From positions 6,784,001-6,848,000 of the forward strand of contig OZ242214.1 of the NCBI GenBank assembly GCA_965206595.1: a DNA stretch of 64,000 nucleotides. Reading direction: 5' to 3'. The notes under the pieces were generated by a model. The model had not been told where the DNA came from. It ran no database searches and saw nothing but the letters and a program-made list of their open reading frames with translations. Shown here piece after piece: positions 40,037-50,971 of this stretch. Position 1 is the first letter of the stretch, and each line of letters begins with the position of its first letter. Made by a program: the position numbers and the translations under genes. Source of the DNA: Candidatus Latescibacterota bacterium. GTDB taxonomy: Bacteria > Latescibacterota > UBA2968 > UBA8231.

Positions 40037-40741
40037 TCACGAAGAACCGGAGCCGCCGTTCTCCATCCTGCTGATCTTGTCTCTCAGCCGGGCTGCTTCC
40101 TCGTACGCCTCTTCGGCAACCAGCCGGTCCAGTTGCGCCTTGAGCAGCTCCAGCTCGGACATCTCTTTCTCTTCGGCCGCCCCTTCCGCCCCCTTTTCCA
40201 CTCCGGGTTCTTCCCTGACTTCCACCTCGACCAGCGAGGGGTCGACGTCCTCACCGTTGCCGGCGCCGGAAACATCCTCGCCAAGATCGGCGATGTTCAG
40301 CATCGCTCCGAGCTCTTTTCCAGCTTCTTCCATCACCTCGGGGCTCATGAAAATCGGGATTGCCATCAGCGTAGCGAGGATCATTCCGTCACTCGGCCTG
40401 CAGTCGAGGTAGAAGACATCCTCCTCGGTCTGGATCAGCAGGTAGGCGTGGAAAATATCCTCCTTCAGCGTGTGAATCACGAGTCTGCGAACCTCCCCCT
40501 TGACCTTTTCGAGGAGATTCTGAAACAGGTTGTGGGTCAGCGGCCGGGGGAAGGAGGCCTGCTGCATCGCCATCACCAGGTAATGACCTTCCGGTGCCCC
40601 TATGGAGATTGGCACGAAGCGATCCTCCTCCCCCTTGAGAACCACGAGAAACGTCTGGGGCGGGGAGGAGTCCGAGTAAGGGTAGATGCGCCAAACCTCT
40701 ACCGGAATCAGGTGCTCGTCCTGTTTTTTCTTATGCGACAT
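40037..40741 (-). CDS. Bifunctional nuclease (DUF151) with C-terminal UVR domain
   Basis: PISIG..E, RPLTH, DCRPSD, EAYEEAARLRD. Confidence 0.9.
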   Translation of the reverse strand: MSHKKKQDEHLIPVEVWRIYPYSDSSPPQTFLVVLKGEEDRFVPISIGAPEGHYLVMAMQQASFPRPLTHNLFQNLLEKVKGEVRRLVIHTLKEDIFHAYLLIQTEEDVFYLDCRPSDGMILATLMAIPIFMSPEVMEEAGKELGAMLNIADLGEDVSGAGNGEDVDPSLVEVEVREEPGVEKGAEGAAEEKEMSELELLKAQLDRLVAEEAYEEAARLRDKISRMENGGSGSS

Positions 40742-40787
40742 AAATGGCTGCGAACTGCGAACACTGTGTTTAGCGAAATGTTACCGG

Positions 40788-40816
40788 AATATACCTCATC
40801 GGAGACCTTTAATCAA
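40788..40816 (-). promoter_or_regulatory. Sigma70-type promoter upstream of the DUF151 gene and sodN
   Basis: TTGATT-17 bp-TATATT on the minus strand. Confidence 0.55.
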
Positions 40817-40859
40817 AGCAAAACAGGCGGCCGGCCGGGGGCGGCTCAGGGGTTCGCGG

Positions 40860-41528
40860 TCAAACGATCCCGGCTTGCTTCAGACTGACGAAATCGCCGG
40901 CGGCGATGATGATGTGATCGAGGACCTCGATCCCCATGATCAGCCCTGCCTCGCGCAACCGGTGAGTCAGATCGATATCGTCCTTGCTCGGCGAAACGTC
41001 CCCGGAAGGATGGTTGTGGGCCAGGATGATGCTCGCCGCGGAATGATACACACCTACCTGAAAGACCTCCCGCGGATGGACGATCGAGGCGGACAGGCTG
41101 CCGATCGAGATCACTTCCTTGTGGATCACCTGGTTGCGCGCGTTGAGGAACAGGCAGACGAAGTACTCCTTGCGCTGATCCTTGATTTCCGCAAGCAGCG
41201 GAATCGTCTCGGCAGGCGTACTGATGATCGGCAGCACCCCCAGTCCCTTGTCGAGAGCGCGGCGCGCCAGCTCGAATCCCGCCAGCAGTATGGCCGCCTT
41301 CGCTTTGCCGACCCCCTTGAGGCGCGACAGCTGCCCGAGGTCGAAGGACATCAGCTCCCCCAGATCGTGTTTCTCGACGATGCCCCGGGCGACGTCGAGG
41401 ACGTTGCAGCCGCGGTATCCCGTCCCCAGGACGAGAGCGAGGAGCTCACTGTCGCGCAGCGCCTCGACTCCGTCGCGCGCCAGCCGCTCGCGCGGAAGTT
41501 GCGATACTCCCCCTTCTCCTGTTGCCAT
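40860..41528 (-). CDS. radC: RadC (JAB domain) protein
   Basis: PRERL, HPREVF, AHNHPSGD..PS..D, LDHIII; ATG 41528. Confidence 0.93.
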   Translation of the reverse strand: MATGEGGVSQLPRERLARDGVEALRDSELLALVLGTGYRGCNVLDVARGIVEKHDLGELMSFDLGQLSRLKGVGKAKAAILLAGFELARRALDKGLGVLPIISTPAETIPLLAEIKDQRKEYFVCLFLNARNQVIHKEVISIGSLSASIVHPREVFQVGVYHSAASIILAHNHPSGDVSPSKDDIDLTHRLREAGLIMGIEVLDHIIIAAGDFVSLKQAGIV

Positions 41529-41850
41529 GGCCCCCCTGCCGGCCGTGATGCCGTAACAGGTGGCCGGCCTCCTCGGGGACTGATTCACCGCTACTGCTGC
41601 TGCCCCGCCGTTCATTCCCGATATCATTTGTCGGCTCCGATCGCTTACACGTGACACCGTCCGGTCACAGTTTCGCGGACTGACGCACTGCTGTCCGGTA
41701 TGCAAGCATATCCCGTACCACTTTGCCCGCGGCCTGCGCCGCCGGTATATTGCGCGCTTTGCCCGACACTGCCCCCCCGGCGCGGCGTTGCGCCCGCCCT
41801 CGGCCGCCGGCGCGCACCACCCCCCATAAGCGATTCTCACCAGGTTTCCA

Positions 41851-43428
41851 GTGTCTCTCACGGCTTTCCATTCACCGGGACATCGCACCCGGACCTGGAG
41901 CGGATGGGGTGCTCCCGCGCTCTCCGGACTGCTGCTGTCGCTGGCCTTCCCGACGGCTCCGCACCACCCGATGGCATGGGCCCACGGCTCGCCCTGGGCT
42001 TTCGTCGCCCTGCTGCCGCTGTTCGCCTGCTTTCCGCGGCGGACCTGGAAGGAGGGGTTCCGCTGCGGCTGGGTGACCGGCAGCTTCTTCAGCCTCTACA
42101 GCCTATACTGGGTCGCCTTCACGCAGGGAGGCGGTCCCGCGGTCGTCGCCGGCACCCTGCTGATGGCGGGTTACATCGGGGTGTTCTACGGACTGGCAGG
42201 CGCCGGGTTGTCCGCGGCCGTCAAGGCCTGGCCGCATGCCGGCTGGCTGGCGGCGCCGCTGCTCTGGACCGCGGTGGAGTACCTGCTGTCGCTGGGGGAG
42301 CTCGGGTTTCCCTGGCTCCTGCTCGGCTCCACCCAGGCGACAACCGTGGAGCTGATCCAGTACGCCGAGATCACCGGGGTGTACGGCGTATCCTTCTGGG
42401 CGGCCGCGGTCAACGTCGTCCTGTGGCTGACGCTGCGCAGCCCCGGTCTGCGGCAGGGTATGGCCGGCGCCGCGGCGCTGCTCGCCCTGTTCGCCTGCCC
42501 CTGGTGGTACTCGACCGCGATCATCGACTCGGCCCCTGCGGAGCAGAGCGTCAGGGTCGGACTGGTGCAGAACAACCTCGGCCTGGAGAAATGGCGGCGC
42601 GGCGGACTGGAGCGCAGTTTCATCACCCTCGAACAGCTCTCCCGGGCGGCGGCCGCGCAGCGCCCCGACCTCCTCGTCTGGCCTGAGACCGCAGTCCCCT
42701 GCCGGGTACGCACCCGCGAGGACTGCCGCAGCCGCGTCGAGGACCTGGTCGCCGAGCTAGGGGTCCCGGTCCTGACCGGGGCCTCGGACACCGACCCGCG
42801 CACCCGGGAGCCGTACAACGCCGCTTTCTACTTCTCGGGGGAGCGGCAGCTGCAGAGGTATGCCAAGATGCACCTGGTGCCGTTCGGCGAGCGCACCCCC
42901 TTCATGGATTTCGTGCCGCTGCTGCGCGAAATCGACTGGACCGCCCTGACCGGAGACCTCGGTCCGGCCGAGTTCGCCCGCGGGCGCGAGCGCACCCTGT
43001 TCGAGCATCCGCGCGGGGACTTCGCGGTGCTGATCTGCTTCGAGTCGGTGTTCCCCGACCTGGTCCGCGGCCACGTCGCCGGCGGCGCCGATTTCCTCGT
43101 CGTGATCACCAACGACTCCTGGTTCGGCCGCACCGCCGGTCCCTACCAGCACGCGCAGTTGGCGGTGTTCCGGGCGGTCGAGAACCGCACCGCAATCGCC
43201 CGTTGCGCCACGAGCGGGGTCTCCCTGTTCGTCGACCGGTACGGCCGCACGTCGCAGTCGACGCCGGTCTTCACCCAGGCGCACGCCGTCGGCGACCTCG
43301 CCATCGGGTCGCCAGGGACCTTCTACACCCGCCGCGGCGACCTGTTCGCCCAGCTGGTCACCGCCGCGGCCTTCATTGCCACCGTGGTCGCCTTACAGCG
43401 CGCGCGACGTTCGTCTGGGGAGTATTAA
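41851..43428 (+). CDS. lnt: Apolipoprotein N-acyltransferase
   Basis: GFPW, WPETA, KMHLVPFGE, ICFES, TNDSWFG. Confidence 0.95.
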   Translation: MSLTAFHSPGHRTRTWSGWGAPALSGLLLSLAFPTAPHHPMAWAHGSPWAFVALLPLFACFPRRTWKEGFRCGWVTGSFFSLYSLYWVAFTQGGGPAVVAGTLLMAGYIGVFYGLAGAGLSAAVKAWPHAGWLAAPLLWTAVEYLLSLGELGFPWLLLGSTQATTVELIQYAEITGVYGVSFWAAAVNVVLWLTLRSPGLRQGMAGAAALLALFACPWWYSTAIIDSAPAEQSVRVGLVQNNLGLEKWRRGGLERSFITLEQLSRAAAAQRPDLLVWPETAVPCRVRTREDCRSRVEDLVAELGVPVLTGASDTDPRTREPYNAAFYFSGERQLQRYAKMHLVPFGERTPFMDFVPLLREIDWTALTGDLGPAEFARGRERTLFEHPRGDFAVLICFESVFPDLVRGHVAGGADFLVVITNDSWFGRTAGPYQHAQLAVFRAVENRTAIARCATSGVSLFVDRYGRTSQSTPVFTQAHAVGDLAIGSPGTFYTRRGDLFAQLVTAAAFIATVVALQRARRSSGEY

Positions 43429-43633
43429 AATCGAGGATACGAGCCAGGAATCGGGCCCGTCCGCCGAAAAATCCGGATGCCGCGTACGAACCGTTGAAAC
43501 CCAGGCCATTGCGACAGAAGCCTTGGGCACTTCCGGTCCCGTCGATGAACCTCGGCCGAAGAACCTTCTGCTGGTGAGGGAGCCTCTGCCGGGAATCCGC
43601 ACGAACCCGACTGGCAGCTACCACCGCCCACCG

Positions 43634-43830
43634 CTACAGGCCGAAAGCGAACCCGTCCCTTCTGGGGTCGGCCCCGCCCTGGAAGACACCCTCCACCGGG
43701 TCCACCGCGATGGCCTGGGCGCCTCCGACACCTGGTGACCACGGGTCCAGTGTTTCCACTTCGTGTGCGTAGAGGGCGAGGGCACGCCGCACTTCGACCG
43801 GGAAACGCTCTTCCATGGCGAGGTGGGTCG
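43634..43830 (-). pseudogene. Gamma-glutamyltransferase C-terminal remnant
   Basis: MEERFP...GGAQAIAVDPVEGVFQGGADPRRDG matches GGT C-termini; the rest of the gene is absent. Confidence 0.7.
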
Positions 43831-43998
43831 ACCCGCTTGCCCGGCGCCGACCTCGCAGTCGATCGGCAGGGGCCGGAACCGGTCTCGAGGGGTCGACAAC
43901 CGTCATTGCATACCCCGGTACCGCGCCCGAACCCAGGGCGCCGGCAGTTGTCTCGAGCGTCGATATCCCCGTTTATGCTCTCCTTTCGAGGGGAAGAC

Positions 43999-44325
43999 AT
44001 GACCGGAAACAACCCCGAACCCATCGGGCCCCATGACCTCGGGGGCCTCCCTGCCGCGGCGATCGATCGCCGCGAGCGGGACCTCGCGCACTGGGAGTGC
44101 CAGGTAGAGGCAATGGTCATGCTGTTGTTGAAAAAGGGCGTCATCACCGATTTCGCGCAGGTACGGCGGGGAATTGAAGCGCTGGATCCCGGATTGTACG
44201 AAAAGCTCGGCTACTACGAACGCTGGGCGAGCGCCGCGGCCGACCACGTCTGCCGGCAGGGGCTGGTGACGCGAGAGGAACTGGAGGCCCGCATCGACGG
44301 GATCCGTCCGCGGGGGAAGTCCTGA
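43999..44325 (+). CDS. Nitrile hydratase beta N-terminal-like subunit (ScnB-like)
   Basis: HDLGG, WE, RRGIE.L....Y..LGYYERW. Confidence 0.85.
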   Translation: MTGNNPEPIGPHDLGGLPAAAIDRRERDLAHWECQVEAMVMLLLKKGVITDFAQVRRGIEALDPGLYEKLGYYERWASAAADHVCRQGLVTREELEARIDGIRPRGKS

Positions 44326-44627
44326 TGGCTCGCTTCCGGAGCTGCGATCCCGTGCGCATCTCTTCTCGCACGGAGCCCGGACATCACCGGGTCCCCGCCT
44401 ACGCCAAGGGGCGCGTCGGAGTGGTCGAACGGGTGTGTGCCGGGATGTTCGGGGCACCGGAAGAACTTGCCCTGGGGAATACCCGAACTCCCTTGCAGCC
44501 CCTGTACAGAGTCCGCTTGAAGCAAGTGGATCTGTGGCCGGATTACGAAGGCCCTCCGAGCGACTGCCTGGAGCTCGAGATCTTCGAGCACTGGCTCGAA
44601 CCTGTCCGGGAGGCCGACCGTGGCTGA
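44325..44627 (+). CDS. Nitrile hydratase beta C-terminal SH3-like subunit (ScnA-like)
   Basis: GHHRVPAYAKGRVG, PEELA, LYRVR...LWPDY...EIFEHWLEP. Confidence 0.85.
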   Translation: MARFRSCDPVRISSRTEPGHHRVPAYAKGRVGVVERVCAGMFGAPEELALGNTRTPLQPLYRVRLKQVDLWPDYEGPPSDCLELEIFEHWLEPVREADRG

Positions 44628-45258
44628 GCAGGAACCACATCAGGACAGCTTCCACTACCACCCGTCACGACCGGACCACCCCGAGCCGGCGTCCCGATAC
44701 GAGCTGATGGGGGTAGCTCTGAACGAATTGTTGATCGAGAAAGGCGTCTACACCGACGCTGAGCTTCGGGACGCGATTGCGGCAATCGAGGCGGTCGAGC
44801 CTTCTTCTCACGGCGCCCGGGTCATCGCCAGAGCCTGGTCGAAGCCGCAGTTCAAAGCAGCGTTGCTCGCCGATGGAAACGGGGCGATATCCGGGCTGGG
44901 TCTGGATCCGGGTCACACCGTGCTGACGGTTGTCGAGAACAGCCCCGGGGTGCACAACGTCGTCGTCTGCACCCTCTGCTCCTGTTACCCGCGGAGATTG
45001 CTGGGACGGCCTCCGACCTGGTACAAGAGCGCAGCCTACCGCTCCCGCATGGTACACGAGCCGCGGGCGGTCCTGCGGGAGTTCGGCACCGTCATCGCCG
45101 ATGAAGTCGCAGTGCGGGTGCACGACTCCACCGCGGAGCTGCGTTACCTGGTAATGCCCGTGCGGCCGGTGGGTACGGAGGATTTCAGCGAGGATGAGCT
45201 CGCAAACCTGATCACCCGCGACAGCATGATCGGGGTTGCCCCGGCGCGCCAGCCGTGA
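44620..45258 (+). CDS. Co-type nitrile hydratase alpha / thiocyanate hydrolase gamma-like subunit
   Basis: VCTLCSCYP metal motif, WYKS..YRSR, VHDSTAELRY. Confidence 0.92.
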   Translation: MAEQEPHQDSFHYHPSRPDHPEPASRYELMGVALNELLIEKGVYTDAELRDAIAAIEAVEPSSHGARVIARAWSKPQFKAALLADGNGAISGLGLDPGHTVLTVVENSPGVHNVVVCTLCSCYPRRLLGRPPTWYKSAAYRSRMVHEPRAVLREFGTVIADEVAVRVHDSTAELRYLVMPVRPVGTEDFSEDELANLITRDSMIGVAPARQP

Positions 45259-45392
45259 AGGCGGAGGCATGCCATGGATCTGGCACGCCTCCGGAAGGGG
45301 TCCGACAGAGCAATCCCCGACGCTGCAATCCCGGTCCTCCCCGAATGCCGCTATCGCTATATTGAAGCGCCTCGAAAACAGGAGCATGTGCC

Positions 45393-46151
45393 TTGGAACC
45401 CTACCTGCAATACAAGAGCACCTACGAACGCCAGGGGTACGTATTGATCGACGGCTTCCTGCCTGCGGACGAGTTCGGAATCCTGGTAGAAAATGTGGCG
45501 CGCTACGTGCGCGACGTGGCGCCGGCCCTGGAGGATGGGGCGGCCTTCTACCAGGACCAGAAGCGCCCCGAGACCCTCAAGCAGCTCCAGCGGATGGAAG
45601 AGTTCGACCCTTGCTTCAAGGAGTACTGCGGCGACAGGCGCTGGAACAGGTTGGCCGCCACCTTGATCGGCGAACCCGCCAAACCGATGCAGGCGGAATG
45701 GTTCAACAAGCCGCCCGGTACCGAGCATCCGACACCCCCCCACCAGGACAACTATTATTTCAAGCTCGTACCCTGCAACGTCGCTTCCGTCTGGGTAGCC
45801 ATAGATCCGATCGACGAGGAAAACGGCTGCCTGCGTTATGTGACCGGTTCGCACCTCACGGGAATACGACCACACGGGCGTACCGATATTCTCGGATTTT
45901 CGCAGGGTATCCTCGACTACGGTCCGGAGGACGAGGCAAAGGAAGTCGCACTGCAACTGAACCCGGGGGATGCCCTCATCCATCACGGGGGGATCATCCA
46001 CCGCGCAGATCCGAACAGTTCGACGAGCCGCCACCGGCGGGCCTTTGCCATGGTCTTCGTGGGAGAGAGCTGCCGGACGGATGAAGAGGCCAAGCGGGAA
46101 TACTCGGAAGCCCTGAAGAATCAGCACGAGGAATTCGGGCTCGACACCTGA
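45393..46151 (+). CDS. Phytanoyl-CoA dioxygenase (PhyH) family protein
   Basis: TPPHQDN, WVAID...ENGCL...GSH, IIH. Confidence 0.9.
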   Translation: MEPYLQYKSTYERQGYVLIDGFLPADEFGILVENVARYVRDVAPALEDGAAFYQDQKRPETLKQLQRMEEFDPCFKEYCGDRRWNRLAATLIGEPAKPMQAEWFNKPPGTEHPTPPHQDNYYFKLVPCNVASVWVAIDPIDEENGCLRYVTGSHLTGIRPHGRTDILGFSQGILDYGPEDEAKEVALQLNPGDALIHHGGIIHRADPNSSTSRHRRAFAMVFVGESCRTDEEAKREYSEALKNQHEEFGLDT

Positions 46152-46197
46152 CCATCGCGGTCTCCGGCAACCGGACAGCCGCGGGGCCGGTTTCCCT

Positions 46198-47000
46198 ATG
46201 AACAACCAGACCACGCTCAGACAGCTGCTGGCGCGCGACCGGATCCTGGTCGCCCCTGCTGCTTCGACATGATTTCGGCAAGGCTCATCGAGCGGGCCGG
46301 TTTCGAGGCCGTCTATCTCGGCGGTTACGCCCACGTCGCTTCCCACCTCGGGCTGCCCGACGCAGGCCTGGCGACGTTTAGCGAAATACGGGAATGCCCT
46401 CAACATGCGCCGGACGGTCCAGGAGTACGAGCAGGCCGGGGCCCAGGCCATCCAGGTCGAGGACCAGGAAATGCCGAAAAAATGCGGCCACACCCCCGGC
46501 AAGCGCCTGATCGAGGCGCGAGAGATGGCGCTGAAGATCGAAGCGGCCGTTCACTCCCGGCGCAGCGAAGAATTTCTGATAATCGCGCGCACCGATGCCA
46601 TCGCGGTTGCGGGACTGCAGGAGGCGGTCGAGCGCGGGAAGCTCTACGAGCGGGCGGGAGCCGACGTCGTCTTTCTCGAAGCGCCGACCACGGTGGAAGA
46701 GCTCGAGGTCGCGGCCGGTTCGTTCGGGGTCCCCACGATGGCCAACATGATAGAGGGAGGAAAAACCCCCTTCCTCACGGCGGCAGAGCTCGAAGGGCTC
46801 GGGTTCCGGATCGCCGCCTATCCACACTCCCTGATCCTGGGCTGCATCCGGTCGATCGACAAGACCCTCCGCGCCCTCAAGGAGCATGGAACGACCCGGG
46901 AGGTCGCCGGGGAGATGGCGGATTTTCCGAGCTGGACGAACTCATCGGCTTTCCCGAGGCGCGCGCATGGGAAGCCAGGTACACCCCCCGGGAAGTCTGA
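46198..47000 (+). pseudogene. Isocitrate lyase/PEP mutase (PrpB-like) pseudogene
   Basis: LGLPD, EDQEMPKKCGH, IIARTDA in different frames; the DxDTG segment is deleted. Confidence 0.85.
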
Positions 47001-47020
47001 CTCGCTCGATACGCCGAGAT

Positions 47021-47920
47021 TTAGTCGAACGGGTAGACCTTCCGTCCGAGATTCACGTAGCGGTCCACGACCCGCTTGTGGTCGTGGACGTTGGGCTCCG
47101 AGACTGCGAAGATGTTGCCGGCAAACTCCTCGTAGCAGGCGCGGAAGTGGCCGGCGGATTTCATCCTATGTAGCGCATCTCCCGCCCGTCCAGGTCCAGG
47201 GTCCTGGCGAGGGCGGTGTCGTAGGGTTGCTCTCGGCGGCTGACGACCAGGACATGGAGGCCGCCCTGGCGGATATGGGCGCAGGGCGCTGCGCCGACGA
47301 GTTGGGGTTCATCCCCCAGACCAGGGGCAGCGGATGCAGAGCCATCGTCGGGCGCAGGCCTGGCGCAGCGTCCGGTCATGCTGGCGCACTTGAGGCCGCA
47401 TTCCTCCTGATCGATCTCCGGGAAAGTCTGGTGGACGACCAGGGCATCGGCCATCGCCGCCATCCGCTGCGACATTTTGGTGTGGATGTCCAGCTCGCTG
47501 ACTATCGGCACTCCGGGGCCGACCTGGTCGCGTACGGCTTCGAGAATATGCCCGCCGTCGTCGACCCCCTCGGCCACCCTGGCTCCGTGCAGGCTCAGGA
47601 TGACGCCGTCGATGGAGCCGACCGCTTTCAGCCGCTCGAGCAGGTCGTTCAGGATGCGGTCGAAGACCTCCCGCGGCGTCGGCCCGCTGGGGTGAGCGTT
47701 GGCGAAGATGGTCGGGATGAGCTCGGAGCCATGTTTCTCCGCCCCGGCAATGAACCTCCCATGGCGGAGTTGGTGCCGCGGAACTTTTCGACAATGGCAT
47801 CGCCGGCGAGGTAGCCAAGCGGTGCCGGCGCCAGCTCTCCCAGGTGGTGGCGACCGTCGTGAAAGTGCTGGTTTCGTGGCAGAAGGCCCCGGTGGCGACC
47901 CGCATCGGCGGGCCGGTCAT
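47021..47920 (-). pseudogene. MlrC/M81 metallopeptidase pseudogene
   Basis: HETSTF, LHGA, ELDIH, KSAGHFRA, VYPFD* spread over frames; much shorter than intact MlrC. Confidence 0.8.
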
Positions 47921-48639
47921 TGCGAACGCATCTTCTGCTGATAATCCTTGATTCCCTGCCAGGTCAGACCGGGGTCGGAGAAGATCGCGTGGTAGCGGGC
48001 CTCCCGTTCCTGAATCTCCCTGCTCTTTTCCAGCACCTTCGCGGGGTCGTCCCCCGCCGGGATCTTCACCACCCCGTCCCGGTCGGCGGCGACGATTTCC
48101 CCCGGGTGGATCAGGAGCTCGTTGACCGTGATCGGCTGATTATGGCGCACCAGGCTGAGCACCCCATGGCCCGGGGTGACCCCGGTTCCCCAGACCGGCA
48201 GGCCCACTCTTTCGATTCCGGCCAGGTCCCGTATGGATCCGTCGACGACGATACCGCTTACCCCCAGGTGCTTGTGAGTGGCGGCCATGCCGTCTCCCAG
48301 AGACGCGCCGCGGCCGGCACGTGTGTCGACGTCCTTCATGATGGTCACCATCGGGCCCGGCGACTGGTCGAGAAAGTCGTAGTAGTCGTACCAGGCCAGG
48401 GCGGGCACGTCCGGGTCGTGGGTGGTCAGCTCGCAGGTGACCGCGTAGCCGACCGCCATGCCGAGTCGGGGCAGCATGCACTGCATCCCGGGGCCCATGT
48501 AATTGAACGGCATTCCACCCTGGTCCTCGAGCTCGCGTCCGCCCTGGCTGGCGCCGCGAGCCTCGATCACGGCGTTGAAAATCGTTGCCGTGTCGAGCTC
48601 TCGGAGGCCTTCGAAAACTTCCGGCAATACCTGTTTCAT
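47917..48639 (-). CDS. RraA/HMG-CHA aldolase family protein
   Basis: VGYAVT, LGDGMA, VVDGSIRD, PGEIVAADRDGVV. Confidence 0.85.
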   Translation of the reverse strand: MKQVLPEVFEGLRELDTATIFNAVIEARGASQGGRELEDQGGMPFNYMGPGMQCMLPRLGMAVGYAVTCELTTHDPDVPALAWYDYYDFLDQSPGPMVTIMKDVDTRAGRGASLGDGMAATHKHLGVSGIVVDGSIRDLAGIERVGLPVWGTGVTPGHGVLSLVRHNQPITVNELLIHPGEIVAADRDGVVKIPAGDDPAKVLEKSREIQEREARYHAIFSDPGLTWQGIKDYQQKMRSQ

Positions 48640-48691
48640 TTTTCTGTCTCCTGTTGAAAGTCGGACGCCCGCCCGACAGTCGGTCCCCGAG

Positions 48692-49035
48692 TCACGGCAA
48701 CTCCACCAGGTCGACGAGCATACCCAGCTCGTTGCAGGTGCGGATCACATCGCGCCCGAAACCGGTCAGTCCGGGAGGATCGTTCAGCTTGGCGCTGGAG
48801 TCCCCCCACGAGGTCGCGCTCAGGTGGCTGGGGCACATGACCCGTATGCCCCGACGGTAGTAAAAGCGGAGCACGCCGAGGCTGTCGGCGATGAAGCCGC
48901 TGACCAGCATCGGCACCATCGCGATCCTGCCGGCGGCGGCGAGCCTGGAGACGTCGTCCCCTGAGCAGGCGACCTCGACATGGTCCGCGCAGACCTCGGC
49001 GAACTGCTTGTGCAGGTCGAGGTTCATCACTACAG
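48692..49035 (-). pseudogene. Membrane dipeptidase (M19) internal fragment
   Basis: YYRRGIRVM..SH...WGDSS...GLTGFGRDVIRTCNELGMLVDL. Confidence 0.7.
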
Positions 49036-49213
49036 CGGAATGAACCGGCTTGTCGACCGGCGCGTCAATCGGCTGCCGCCGCGGGAAATCGCCACCCCGT
49101 CCAGGCCGGAACCCATAGCCGGCCCCCACCGGGCTTGCTATTTTCCACGGATTCCCGGCAGGGAGACCGGTTTCCCGGCGTCCCCATCGCCCCGGCCGGA
49201 GGCACGAGAATCG

Positions 49214-50064
49214 ATGATCACCGACGAACAGATGGCGGCCTACTTCCGCGATGGATTCGCAATCCTCGAGAAAGTCATTTCCCCCGGGGCCCTGCCGGAA
49301 GTACGGCAAAGCTACGAGGAGACGATCGCCGCGGCCCTGGACCTGGGCCGGGCTCAGCGGGACGAGTCCAGCGGATTTCTCAGGGTGTATCGATTCCAGA
49401 ATCCCCATCACCCCACCCTGGCGCAGCGCCCCCTCGTGGAAGCTCTCTGCGCTGCCGACATCATGGACTTCGCCGACAGGCTGTGCGGGGGTGACGTGGC
49501 CATGCACGGAATCGCCGCCTTCGCGATGGACGAAGATTTCGACTACCGGAGCAGCTGGCACCGGGATTCCTATTTTGCCTGGGGAAAGGACTCACCCGCG
49601 GAAAGGCGGATTCGCAAGATCGAGAAGCTGCCCGTGACGCAGGTTCTCGTGGCACTCGAGGACGACGCCTCGTTCTGGTTCGTTCCCGGCTCCCACAAAC
49701 GGGGGAACACCGAAGAAGAAGAGGCGCGGTTCGAAGAGGGGCGCACAGGCTGGGAGGAGATGTTCCCCGGCGCCGTGCAGGTGAGGCTCGACGCCGGCAG
49801 CGCGGCCCCCTTCGACGCGCGGGGAATCCACCGGGGACTCAAGGACCCGGAGTCCGCAGGCGGTCCCTCTTCATCATCATCTACGGGACCGCTGCATGGG
49901 CAAGGGAGTCGGCCGTCAGCGAGTGGGCCAGGGAGGCGGAGTATTCGGAGTCGACCTACCTCGAGGCGCTTCCCGAACCGTTTCGGAGATCGCCCGAAAA
50001 GACCGTAGCCGCCCTCGGTCCGGTCAGAAGTGTCGAAAGTGGAAGACCAGAAAGAGCTCGATAG
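49214..50064 (+). pseudogene. PhyH family dioxygenase with a late frameshift near 49850
   Basis: MITDEQMAAYFRDGF, WHRD, VPGSH, IHRG; RRRSLFIIYG continues in another frame. Confidence 0.7.
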
Positions 50065-50950
50065 CAACCAAGGCGAAGCGGAAGGGGACGGCTCTGCCGA
50101 GATGCCGTTTCTCGACCACCTCGAGGAGCTTCGCTGGTGCTTCCTCAAATCGCTGGCCGCGGTCCTCGCCGGAGCGCTGATCTGCTTCGCCTTCAGCGAC
50201 GCCATCGTGAAGATCCTCACCTACCCGTACGAGGAAGCGGTGATCAGCATGCAGACCGCGAGGGCCACCGGCCCGGTCGAAGCGGTGCGCAGCTTGCTGC
50301 TTCGCTGGTGGGACTCGGGGTTTTACCCGGCGCTTCCCGATTCGTCCATCGGAGAGGCGGATCCGGCGATCCCTCCGGGCCGCCGGCTCCAGTCGCTGCG
50401 CCCGATGACCTATTTCTTCGTCACCCTGCAGATCGCCATCATCGGTGGCCTCGTGCTCTCCCTTCCTGTGGTCTTTCACCAGCTCTGGCGCTTCGTCGCC
50501 CCCGGGCTTCTCGCTCGCGAGCGCCGACTGCTGCTCCCGGTCGCCGGGCTCAGCGCCTTCTGCTTCGGCTGCGGGGGCCTGATCGCCTACTGGATCGTCC
50601 TCCCCCTCGGGCTGAGGTTCTTTCTCGGGCTCGAGCCCCCGGACATGACCTCCCAGTGGGCGGTCGACGAGTACATCGGTTTCGTTCTGCGGCTGCTGCT
50701 CGGGTTCGGCCTGGTGTTCGAGCTGCCGGTGGTGACGCTGATGCTGGCCAGGATGGGGGTCGTCACACCGGAGCTGATGCGCCGGTTCAGGCGCTACGGG
50801 ATCGTCGCCATCTTCCTGCTCGCCGCCATCTTCACCCCGCCAGATCCGCTGTCGCAGTTGCTGATGGCGCTGCCCCTGCTCGGCCTCTACGAGATCAGCA
50901 TCTGGGTCGCCAAGGTGGCGTCGCGGCGGTCGCCTGATTCCGACTCCTGA
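50030..50950 (+). CDS. tatC: Twin-arginine translocase TatC
   Basis: MPFLDHLEELR, FVAPGL, FELP, TPPDPLSQ. Confidence 0.96.
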   Translation: MSKVEDQKELDSNQGEAEGDGSAEMPFLDHLEELRWCFLKSLAAVLAGALICFAFSDAIVKILTYPYEEAVISMQTARATGPVEAVRSLLLRWWDSGFYPALPDSSIGEADPAIPPGRRLQSLRPMTYFFVTLQIAIIGGLVLSLPVVFHQLWRFVAPGLLARERRLLLPVAGLSAFCFGCGGLIAYWIVLPLGLRFFLGLEPPDMTSQWAVDEYIGFVLRLLLGFGLVFELPVVTLMLARMGVVTPELMRRFRRYGIVAIFLLAAIFTPPDPLSQLLMALPLLGLYEISIWVAKVASRRSPDSDS

Positions 50951-50971
50951 GATTCCGCGGTCCGTCGGAAA

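Noticed and set aside
183-50937. Many long overlapping ORFs in alternate frames (for example 183-1736 +, 9253-11421 -, 16365-18263 +, 28244-29977 +, 29974-31812 +)
   Set aside because: Arg/Pro/Gly-rich shadow frames typical of high-GC DNA, overlapping well-supported genes.
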